Assembly: GCA_965242525.1 (NCBI GenBank)
Contig: OZ251459.1
Coordinates: forward strand, 1,472,001-1,536,000
DNA from: an uncultured Candidatus Binatia bacterium
GTDB lineage: Bacteria; Desulfobacterota; Binatia; UBA9968; JAJDTQ01
Length of the DNA stretch: 64,000 nucleotides
Reading direction: 5' to 3'
Shown: positions 56,998-64,000 of the stretch, piece by piece
Layout of the letters: every line of letters begins with the position of its first letter
How positions within the stretch are numbered: the first letter of the stretch is position 1
Position numbers and translations under genes: made by a program
The notes under the pieces: model-generated
What the model was told of the DNA's origin: nothing
The model's input: the letters and a program-made list of their open reading frames with translations, nothing else
The model's database searches: none

Positions 56998-57489
56998 TCA
57001 GGAGGGTCCGGCGCCGCGGCCCGCCCCCATGATGGACTCGACGATCTTCTTGTAGCCGGTGCAACGGCAGAGGTTGCCGTTCATGTACTCGATGACCTCT
57101 TCTTCCGACGGGTTGGGGTTCTCGTCCAGCAGGGTCTTGGCGGTGAGGATCATTCCGGGAGTGCAGAACCCGCACTGGAAACCGCCGTACTCGATGAAGG
57201 CTTCCTGGAGCGGGTGCAGCTTGCCGTCCTGGGCCATCCCCTCGATGGTGAGTACCTCCTTGCCCCTGGCCTCGAATGCCGGCAAGGTGCACGAGCTCAC
57301 CGGGCGCCCGTCCAGCAGCACCGTGCAGGCGCCGCAGACCTGCACGTCGCAGGAGCGTTTGGCGCCGGTGAGTCCCAGCCGTTTGCGGATCACGTCGAGC
57401 AGGAGCTCGTGCGGCTCCACCTCGATGTCGTGGCGGGTCCCGTTCACGTGGAAGGATAGCGGAAGGGTCTGCCGTCCTCTCTCCGTCAT
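56998..57489 (-). CDS. (2Fe-2S)-binding small subunit of molybdenum hydroxylase (CoxS-like)
   Basis: C....CGACTV, QCGFCTPG and NLCRCTGY motifs. Confidence 0.92.
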   Translation of the reverse strand: MTERGRQTLPLSFHVNGTRHDIEVEPHELLLDVIRKRLGLTGAKRSCDVQVCGACTVLLDGRPVSSCTLPAFEARGKEVLTIEGMAQDGKLHPLQEAFIEYGGFQCGFCTPGMILTAKTLLDENPNPSEEEVIEYMNGNLCRCTGYKKIVESIMGAGRGAGPS

Positions 57490-57527
57490 AGCTGATGCCT
57501 CCGCTCGGTTCGGGCTGGCCGCGCGGT

Positions 57528-58397
57528 TCAACCGGCCAACTCGGCGCGAATGTCGTTGAAGGCCCGGGTCAACAACACCTTGACGATGTGTTCCTTGTAC
57601 TCGGCCGACCCGTGGAGGTCGCTGATGGCGTCCGCGGCCCTGGCGGCCACGTCGCCGGAGTCGGCGATCCGGCTCGCAGCCTCGTCGAAGCCCTTCTGCC
57701 GCAGACCCTCCTCCGCCTCTTCCACCCGCATGGACTTGGGGCCGACGCAGCCCACCGCGATGCGGACGTCGCGCACCGACTCCCGCGCCTCGTCCGCCAC
57801 CACCTGGAGGGCCACCCCGACGCTGGGGCGTTCCAGGTACCCGAACTTGCGGTAGCGGACGGCCGCGTTCCGGTCGGGCAGAGGGACGACGATCTCGGTG
57901 AGGATCTCGTCCTCTTCGAGGGCCGACTCGAAGGCGTCCACGAAGAACCCGGTCATGGGGATCTCCCGTTCCCCGTCCGCCTTCTGCGCCACCACCGAGG
58001 CGTCCAGCGCCAGCAGCAGCGTGCCGGGGTCCGCGTGCGGCTCGGCAAACGTCAGGTTGCCGCCGATGGTCCCCACCTCGCGCACCCGGAGGTTGGCCAC
58101 GTTGCGTTCCATCTCCGCCAGCACCGGCAGCCTGTCCTGCAGCTCCTCGGAACGTTCGAGTTGCCTGTGGGTGGCCAAGGCCCCCAGCCGGAGGCTCCCG
58201 TCGTCCTGCCGGATCCGGTCCAGGCCGGCGATCTTCTTGACGTTGACGAGACAGTCGTAGTGGACCAGCCCTTCCTTCATGGCCAGCAGGAGTTCGGTGC
58301 CCCCCGCATAGACCTTGGCGGAGTCGCCGTAGCGGGCCAGCGCCCGGGACGCCTCCCCGACGCTCTCCGGCTCTTCCAGGCGGAACGGACGCAGCAT
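57528..58397 (-). CDS. FAD-binding medium subunit of molybdenum hydroxylase (CoxM-like)
   Basis: AGGTELL, IGGNL..A.P.AD and DLHGSAEYK motifs. Confidence 0.92.
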   Translation of the reverse strand: MLRPFRLEEPESVGEASRALARYGDSAKVYAGGTELLLAMKEGLVHYDCLVNVKKIAGLDRIRQDDGSLRLGALATHRQLERSEELQDRLPVLAEMERNVANLRVREVGTIGGNLTFAEPHADPGTLLLALDASVVAQKADGEREIPMTGFFVDAFESALEEDEILTEIVVPLPDRNAAVRYRKFGYLERPSVGVALQVVADEARESVRDVRIAVGCVGPKSMRVEEAEEGLRQKGFDEAASRIADSGDVAARAADAISDLHGSAEYKEHIVKVLLTRAFNDIRAELAG

Positions 58398-58400
58398 GGG

Positions 58401-58853
58401 TCAGGCTCCTCCCTCGAGTTCCTTCTTCACCGCCTGCGCAAAGGCCGCCACGTCGTTGTCGGCCTTGCGTTTGATGATGCTGTGTCCCAGGGTCGCCAGC
58501 TTGCCCAGGATGTCCACGGAAGCGACGAAGGAGACCAGCGTCGAACTCCCCTTCTCTTCCAGGGAAACGTCGAGCTCCACCTTGAGATGGCTGCCGATCT
58601 TGTTGTCGCTGCCCGACGCCCGGGCCTTGATGCGCTGCTTGGGCTCGCTCTCCAACACTTCGATCTTGATGGGGAACGTCACCTTGAAGGGACCCACCCG
58701 GGCCACCATCGTGGCGTTGTAGTGCTTGCCGGCTTCCACGGTGGTCGCTTCCTCGCAACCCGGAACGCAGGAAATCAGCCGGTCCACGTCCCACAGGAAG
58801 TCCCACGCCTTGTCCCGGGGGACGTCGATTTCGATGCTGTTCTCGAAGATCAT
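58401..58853 (-). CDS. CoxG / SRPBCC family protein
   Basis: W.FL.D....SCVPG, VGPFK and GKLA.LG motifs. Confidence 0.85.
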   Translation of the reverse strand: MIFENSIEIDVPRDKAWDFLWDVDRLISCVPGCEEATTVEAGKHYNATMVARVGPFKVTFPIKIEVLESEPKQRIKARASGSDNKIGSHLKVELDVSLEEKGSSTLVSFVASVDILGKLATLGHSIIKRKADNDVAAFAQAVKKELEGGA

Positions 58854-58886
58854 GTCCGGGTTCTTAGCAGAATCCCGCCCGGAACA

Positions 58887-59867
58887 TCAAGCACGCTCGC
58901 GGAACCCGTCGAGCTGGTCGAACTCCTCCGACAGGTATTTCTTGAGCTTCTTCTTGACCCGGTTCTCGATCTGCCGGACCCTTTCCCGGCTGATGCCGTA
59001 CCGCTCGCCGATCTCCCGCAACGTCAACGGCTGCTCGGCCATCAGCCGTTCCCGGAAGACCACCAGGTCCTTGTCCTCCAGGCCCTCGCCGAAGGTCTTC
59101 AGGCGCTCGCTGACCGCCCGGCGGTACTCGTCCTCGGCCAGGCTCTCTTCCGGGGTCGGGCGGTCGTCCGTCAGCGTATGGAGCAGCGTCGGGGCCTCGC
59201 CGTGACCCATGGGCGCGTCGGTAGAGAGGTCCCGGCCCGAGAGCCGCTGGGTCATCTCCACCACCTCGGACTCCTTCACGTCCAGCCGCTGGGCGATGAG
59301 TTTGGCCGCGGGCACGAAGCCCTCGGCTTCGAGCTTCTCCTTCTCCTTCTGCAGGTTGAAGAACAGCCTCCGCTGGGCCTGGGTGGTGCCCAGCTTCACC
59401 ATGCGCCAGTTGTTCATGAGGTAGCGGATGATGTAGGCGCGGATCCACCAGACCGCATAGGACGGGAACCGCACGCCGCGGTAGGGGTCGAAGTTCTTGA
59501 GGCTCTCCATGAGCCCGATGTTGCCCTCCTGCACCAGGTCCAGGAGGTTCCGAAACGCCCTCTCGTACTCCCGGGCGATCATCACCACCAGGCGGAGGTT
59601 GGACTTCACCAGCTTGTAGGCGGCCTCGATGTCGCCGAACTGCTTGTACTGGACCGCCAACTCGTGCTCCTCCTCGCGCGTAAGCAAAGGGTAGCGGCGG
59701 ATCTCCGACAGGTAGCTTTGTAGCGCGTCGAAGGGAACCAGTGCCCCGGACGGCTCTTCCACGGGGTCGGGGCCGTCCACCTCGTCCAGCAACACCGCAT
59801 CCTCGGACGCCTCCGCAGCCGGAGCATCGATCTCGTCGGCCGTTTCGATGGGTGGATAGACAGCCAT
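58887..59867 (-). CDS. rpoH: RNA polymerase sigma factor, RpoH (sigma-32) family
   Basis: NLRLVV.IA, DLVQEGNIGL, YAVWWIRA, VKLGTTQAQRRLFFNL (RpoH box) and TL.EIG..ISRERVRQIE. Confidence 0.85.
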   Translation of the reverse strand: MAVYPPIETADEIDAPAAEASEDAVLLDEVDGPDPVEEPSGALVPFDALQSYLSEIRRYPLLTREEEHELAVQYKQFGDIEAAYKLVKSNLRLVVMIAREYERAFRNLLDLVQEGNIGLMESLKNFDPYRGVRFPSYAVWWIRAYIIRYLMNNWRMVKLGTTQAQRRLFFNLQKEKEKLEAEGFVPAAKLIAQRLDVKESEVVEMTQRLSGRDLSTDAPMGHGEAPTLLHTLTDDRPTPEESLAEDEYRRAVSERLKTFGEGLEDKDLVVFRERLMAEQPLTLREIGERYGISRERVRQIENRVKKKLKKYLSEEFDQLDGFRERA

Positions 59868-60045
59868 GGGAACCTGTCCAACTCTATCGTTTTTGCAGGA
59901 TTTTTTCAATCATCCGGCGCTTGCATTCCCGCACGGGATGACTTATCAACCCACGAGACAACCCGGGAGAAGGAAGACTCGATCATCCAGGGGGTTTCCC
60001 AGGACGGTCGAGCAGGCGCAAACGCCCCGAAACGAGGACGCGGAC

Positions 60046-60588
60046 ATGAAAGAACCCTTCAAGACGGACCTTCAGGAGATCCAGCGGCGGGCCCGGGCGA
60101 AGATGGAGGAAGGCGCCATTACCGGGGCCTACCTTGCCGACCGGGAGCAGGTGCTCGACGTGCTGAACGAGGTGCTGGCCACCGAGATCGTCTGCATCCT
60201 GCGGTACAAGAACCACTACTTCATGGCCAGCGGCATCAACGCCGGGCCGGTGGCCAGCGAGTTCCTGCAGCACGCCAACGAAGAGCAGATGCACGCGGAC
60301 TGGGTGGCCCAGCGCATCACGCAACTCGGGGGCACGCCCAACTTCGACCCGGAGGGTCTCGCCACCCGGTCCCATGCGGAGTACCACCAGGGCGGCTCGC
60401 TGGAAGAAATGATCCGGGAGGACCTGGTGGCCGAGCGGGTGGCCATCGAGACCTACTCGGAGATCATCCGCTGGCTCGGAAACGACGACCCCACCACCCG
60501 TCGGACCATCGAAGACATCCTCAAGATGGAAGAGGAGCACGCCGACGACCTGGCGAGCCTGCTCGTAACCCTCGGAAAGTCCCCTTGA
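60046..60588 (+). CDS. Ferritin-like / bacterioferritin (DPSL-type) protein
   Basis: LATE, EEQMHAD..RI.QLGG.P, DLVAERVAI and EEEHADDL di-iron motifs. Confidence 0.88.
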   Translation: MKEPFKTDLQEIQRRARAKMEEGAITGAYLADREQVLDVLNEVLATEIVCILRYKNHYFMASGINAGPVASEFLQHANEEQMHADWVAQRITQLGGTPNFDPEGLATRSHAEYHQGGSLEEMIREDLVAERVAIETYSEIIRWLGNDDPTTRRTIEDILKMEEEHADDLASLLVTLGKSP

Positions 60589-60755
60589 ACTGAAGCTCCC
60601 GCAGTGCGCCCACCGGAAGGGCCGCCACAAGAGAACCTGCCCATCCACGTCCGCACATGGCCCGGAGACGACGGACCGGGGGTTCAGCACACGGTTCGCG
60701 CTTCGGGCAAACCGTCCCGGATCGCCGCCTACATCGGCCGCAAGGCATACGGGGT

Positions 60756-61676
60756 TCAGCACACGGTCCGCGCTTCGGGCAGACCGTCGGGGAGGGGATG
60801 GACGTGGGGGTGGAGGGTGTGGGCCAGGATCTCCAGGCTGTCCACCAACCGCGGGCCGGGGCGACTGAAGTAGGCGTTGCCGTCGAACACGTGGACGCGG
60901 TGCTCCCTCACGCAGGGCAGGTCCGCTGACTCCAATCGGGCCTTCAGCACGGGCAGGTCCTGCAAGGTCCGCGGGATGTCCATGCCGCAACAGGCGACCA
61001 GCAACACCTCGGGCCGCGCCTCGGTGACCGCATCCCAACCGAGGGTTCGGGACGGGCCGTTCCGGTTGCCCAGGCAATCCACGCCGCCGGCCCATTGGAT
61101 CATCTCCGGGATCCAGTGTCCGGCGCTGAAGGGCGGGTCGATCCACTCCAGGAACACGACCCGCGGCCGCCCCTCCACGGGGACCTTCGACGCGGTCCTT
61201 TGCTTGACCGCGTCGAGCCTCGCGGTCAAGCCGGCGACGACGCCCTTCCCCTCTTCCACACGGTCCGTGGCCTTGGCCAACGCGCCTATGGCGGCGAGGA
61301 CGTCCTCCAGGGACGTCGGTTCCAGGTTGACGATCCTCGGCGCGCCCGGCAGGGAGCGGGCCGCCTCGCGCACCTCCGTCTCCGCCACCGCACAGACGTC
61401 GCACAGGGCCTGGGTCACGATCAGGTCGGGGTCGAGCCGTCCCAGGACCTCCATGTCCAGGGAATAGAGCGCCGGGTCGGACCGGAGCCGGCTGCGCACC
61501 AGCCTGTCGATCTCGAGACTGCCGGCGTCGTGGGGAATCGAAGTCCGGGTCACCTTGGGGAGCGCCGAGACCGAAACCGGATGGTCGCATTCGTGCGTCA
61601 CCCCCACGAGTTGCTCGCGCAGCCCCAGCGCACAGATCATCTCGGTGGAACTGGGCAACAGGGAAACGATCTTCAT
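60756..61676 (-). CDS. Cobalamin/Fe-siderophore-binding protein (BtuF-like)
   Basis: KIVSLLPSSTE..LVGVTHECD, PDLIVTQ..C.VC, EWIDP and YFSRPGPRL motifs; no signal peptide. Confidence 0.85.
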   Translation of the reverse strand: MKIVSLLPSSTEMICALGLREQLVGVTHECDHPVSVSALPKVTRTSIPHDAGSLEIDRLVRSRLRSDPALYSLDMEVLGRLDPDLIVTQALCDVCAVAETEVREAARSLPGAPRIVNLEPTSLEDVLAAIGALAKATDRVEEGKGVVAGLTARLDAVKQRTASKVPVEGRPRVVFLEWIDPPFSAGHWIPEMIQWAGGVDCLGNRNGPSRTLGWDAVTEARPEVLLVACCGMDIPRTLQDLPVLKARLESADLPCVREHRVHVFDGNAYFSRPGPRLVDSLEILAHTLHPHVHPLPDGLPEARTVC

Positions 61677-61752
61677 GGACGCGGCTCAGGCGGTGTCACG
61701 GCCCCGGTCGGGGGTTGGCCCGCATGGAGGAAACGATCTTCATGGACGCGGC

Positions 61753-62265
61753 TCAGGCCACCTGCAACGGCCGGTTGCGCCAGGCCTTCATGGTCTCGTA
61801 ACCGCCGAACAGCACGGCGCCGTAGAGCGCATTGCCCGCAAGGGTCCTCCACAGGTAGGGCAGGCCGCTGGCGTAACAACCGGCCAGGCCCTCCCAGGTC
61901 ATGGGCCAAGCCGCGATCCACATGCCGAAATTGGACACCAGGTAGAACGCCAAGGCCGCGGCGAGGACCCCTCCCCCGAAACGGGGGACAGTGCGTTGCT
62001 CGTGCAGGAAGATGCGCCCACAGAAGGCGCTGCAGGCAAAGCCCAGATAGACGAACAGCATCACCACCGGGCTGTAGAGACCCCCGGCCAGGTCGCCCGG
62101 CAGGAGGGCCGCCAGCGGCAACAGCCATGCCCAACGCCTTGCGACATAGGCGCCGGCGAACAAACCCAGGGCCCCCACCGGCGTGACGTTCAACGGATGC
62201 GGCATGACCCTCGACGCGGCTACGATGACGACCAGGACGCATAGCCCTGCGATGTTGCCCTTCAC
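61753..62265 (-). CDS. DUF6580-like putative (cobalamin) transport membrane protein
   Basis: SR..PHP.N.TP.GA..LF.GA, FYLVSNFG.W and CY..GLP motifs. Confidence 0.75.
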   Translation of the reverse strand: MKGNIAGLCVLVVIVAASRVMPHPLNVTPVGALGLFAGAYVARRWAWLLPLAALLPGDLAGGLYSPVVMLFVYLGFACSAFCGRIFLHEQRTVPRFGGGVLAAALAFYLVSNFGMWIAAWPMTWEGLAGCYASGLPYLWRTLAGNALYGAVLFGGYETMKAWRNRPLQVA

Positions 62266-62288
62266 GTTCTCCCCCTCGCTGTTCTTGC

Positions 62289-62398
62289 GGAAACCCTGAA
62301 CCATTGTCCCCGTTCGTCCTGAGCGTAGCGAAGCGAAGTCGAAGGACGCACTTTCCCACGGGGAGAGGGAGTTGAAGCCGGAATTGATCAGACGTTCC
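62289..62398 (-). mobile_element. MITE family A copy (110-bp form)
   Basis: GGAAACCCTGAACCAT...ATTGATCAGACGTTCC termini; core at 62308-62349. Confidence 0.8.
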
Positions 62399-62413
62399 TT
62401 ACGTTCCCGAAGG

Positions 62414-62584
62414 TCACAGGATCAGCTTCACCAGCGCGACGGTGAGGCTGGCGGTGAAGCCCACGATGCCGATGGCCATGATCCAGAGGTGGCGATAGAG
62501 GACTGAAAACTGGTCCGCCATTTCGGCGCGAAGGCCGCTCATGTCGGCCTTGGTAGCGACGTTCCCGGTCATGGCGTCACCCAC
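62414..62584 (-). CDS. Small coiled-coil + single-TM protein (DUF1640/CCDC90-like C-terminus), possibly a remnant
   Basis: Manual translation (V)GDAMTGNVATKADMSGLRAEM..LWIMAIGIVG..LVKLIL; ATKAD motif; not in the ORF track. Confidence 0.55.
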   Translation of the reverse strand: MGDAMTGNVATKADMSGLRAEMADQFSVLYRHLWIMAIGIVGFTASLTVALVKLIL

Positions 62585-62696
62585 TGGCCCATCACTACGA
62601 CACGCGAACCGGGACTTGTCAAGGTCCGACGCGGTTGACAGAGCCGCCCGACCGGGGTAAACCCCATCCGTACTTGGGCGGTCTTCGTTACCGCCC

Positions 62697-62865
62697 GGTC
62701 CCCGGGTCCCTCACGGGATAACAGGGAAACCGGTGAAAATCCGGTGCGGTCCCGCCACTGTAAATGGGAACCCTTGCCCTGAAGCCACTGTCCCCCGCAC
62801 GGGATGGGAAGGCGGCAAGGTCGTCGTTGCGACGAGCCCATGAGCCAGGAGACCTACCTGGGGAC
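62697..62865 (+). ncRNA. Cobalamin riboswitch
   Basis: AACAGGGAAACCGGTGAAAATCCGGTGCGGTCCCGCCACTGTAA, GCCACTG..GGGAAGG and GAGCCAGGAGACCTACC B12-box. Confidence 0.95.
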
Positions 62866-62978
62866 GGAACGAAGCCGTGCTCTCCGAGGAGAGAGGAGGT
62901 CTCGCCATTCCATATTCCTCCACAGACGTGACGCATCCCCGTTCCGCGGCGCTTCCCTGACCGGCCGCCGGGAGTGAG

Positions 62979-64000
62979 ATGCGCTTCCTCTGCTTCCTGC
63001 TGGGCTCCGCCCTGCTCCATGCGGCGTTCCTCGCCCTGCCCCTGTCCACGAGCACGGGCGACGCCGGAAAGAACGCCCTGCAACCCCTGCGGGTCCGCCT
63101 GCTGGCCCCCGGGATCCGTAAGGCTGAAGCGGCGAACATGAAGACGCCGCGTCAGCCGGCGCTCCGGGAGCACGGGTCTGCCGGTGGAGCCGCAAGGACG
63201 GAGAGGCCGCAGCCCGCCTCCAGGACCGACGAAACCGCGTCAGGGCAGGTTGCCCGAGAGCGGCCGCAAGCCTTGGCCCAGGACCGGGCCACGCTTGCAG
63301 TTCGGTCTCCTGCGACGCGATCTCCCGCAGCGCCGGAGGCGCTCGGCGAATCCGGGGCGAGGGGAAAGGCATCGCGTAAGGCAAGGAAGCCGGCCCGGGT
63401 CGGGCCGGAGCCGCGGACGCCCAGGGCGCCGAAGACCGAGTCGGTACGCGCGCGGTCCGGCGCGCTCCCGGCGGACCTTGCCGTTCCCCCCGCGCCCGTG
63501 CGGGCGGCGCTGCGGACGAGTATCGCGGCTGCGCCGGCGCCGAAGACGCCGGACGGACCCGGCCAGGACCGCGGCCCCACCCGGAGCGTCGAAGGACCTC
63601 CGGGCAAAGATCCCGGCCGCGAACGGGAGCCGTGGACAAGTCCGGGCGGCGAAACCGCGCTCGCCCTTGCCTCGGACCCGGAACGCCGTCGGGGACCGCG
63701 GGCAAGTCCGGGCCGGGACGCCGGGGCGGCGCGTACCCCGGTGCGCTATGCGCGCGTGGTCAAGCCCAAGTACCCCCGGAAGGCGCGGACCCAGGGATGG
63801 GAGGGGACCACGGTCCTGAAGGTGCGGGTGGATCGCGGGGGAAGGCCCGGCCTCATCGCGGTGGACCGCACCTCGGGGTTCGAGGTCCTCGACCGCGCGG
63901 CCATGAGGGCCATGAGTCGATGGGAGTTCCATCCCGCGCGCAACGGCGACAGGACCGTAGCGAGCTGGGTGGAGGTCCCCGTGTCGTTCCGGCTCGAGGA
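62979..64000 (+). CDS. tonB: Energy transducer TonB (3' end just outside window)
   Basis: N-terminal TM with SALLH, Pro/Ala-rich linker, in-frame PKYP..AR..GWEG..V..TSG...LDRAA..W.F.PA domain. Confidence 0.88.
   Translation, partial: MRFLCFLLGSALLHAAFLALPLSTSTGDAGKNALQPLRVRLLAPGIRKAEAANMKTPRQPALREHGSAGGAARTERPQPASRTDETASGQVARERPQALAQDRATLAVRSPATRSPAAPEALGESGARGKASRKARKPARVGPEPRTPRAPKTESVRARSGALPADLAVPPAPVRAALRTSIAAAPAPKTPDGPGQDRGPTRSVEGPPGKDPGREREPWTSPGGETALALASDPERRRGPRASPGRDAGAARTPVRYARVVKPKYPRKARTQGWEGTTVLKVRVDRGGRPGLIAVDRTSGFEVLDRAAMRAMSRWEFHPARNGDRTVASWVEVPVSFRLE

Noticed and set aside
56998-58853. Aerobic CO dehydrogenase
   Set aside because: No CoxL or its active-site motif is present; M/S/G subunits are shared by many molybdenum hydroxylases.
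60679-61758. Repeat-spacer-repeat units (30-38 bp repeats, 34-37 bp gaps) as off-target Cas1-Cas2 spacer integrations
   Set aside because: The geometry fits, but the apparent spacers partly resemble neighbouring flank sequence (for example 61692-61728 versus 61759-61795), which favours decayed tandem duplication.

Overview
GC-rich bacterial chromosomal window. The gene content suggests a Binatia/deltaproteobacterial lineage, possibly host- or sponge-associated (inference only). 1-5.6 kb: TctC, a LigB-like dioxygenase, an RraA/HMG aldolase, an MFS transporter and pcaHG. 6.1-25.6 kb: a ~19.5 kb, all minus-strand defence island built on an SNF2 helicase-DUF3883 / DUF1156 methyltransferase / DUF499 ATPase backbone. 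Its nested cargo comprises a DUF262+HEPN+HATPase module, a zeta-like TA pair, an Abi-type gene split by IS630, a 302-bp IS4 deletion derivative with a perfect 9-bp target duplication, and a MAD3/MAD4-like ATPase+partner pair fused into the core operon. 25.7-37 kb: aromatic catabolism (ligAB, MBL hydrolase, CoA ligase, two ThDP enzymes, tctCAB). 37-64 kb: housekeeping and accessory genes (M1 aminopeptidase, three tRNAs, gltX, a ferredoxin-Zn-ribbon fusion, a repeat lipoprotein, trmI, trmL, ABC exporter, coxGMS-like genes, a sigma-32-like factor, a ferritin-like protein, and a B12 locus with riboswitch and tonB). A ~110-130 bp MITE/REP family (13 core copies) pervades the window and has inserted in frame into the methyltransferase twice and into a lipoprotein signal region once. 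All family assignments come from motif recognition by eye; no database search was run.
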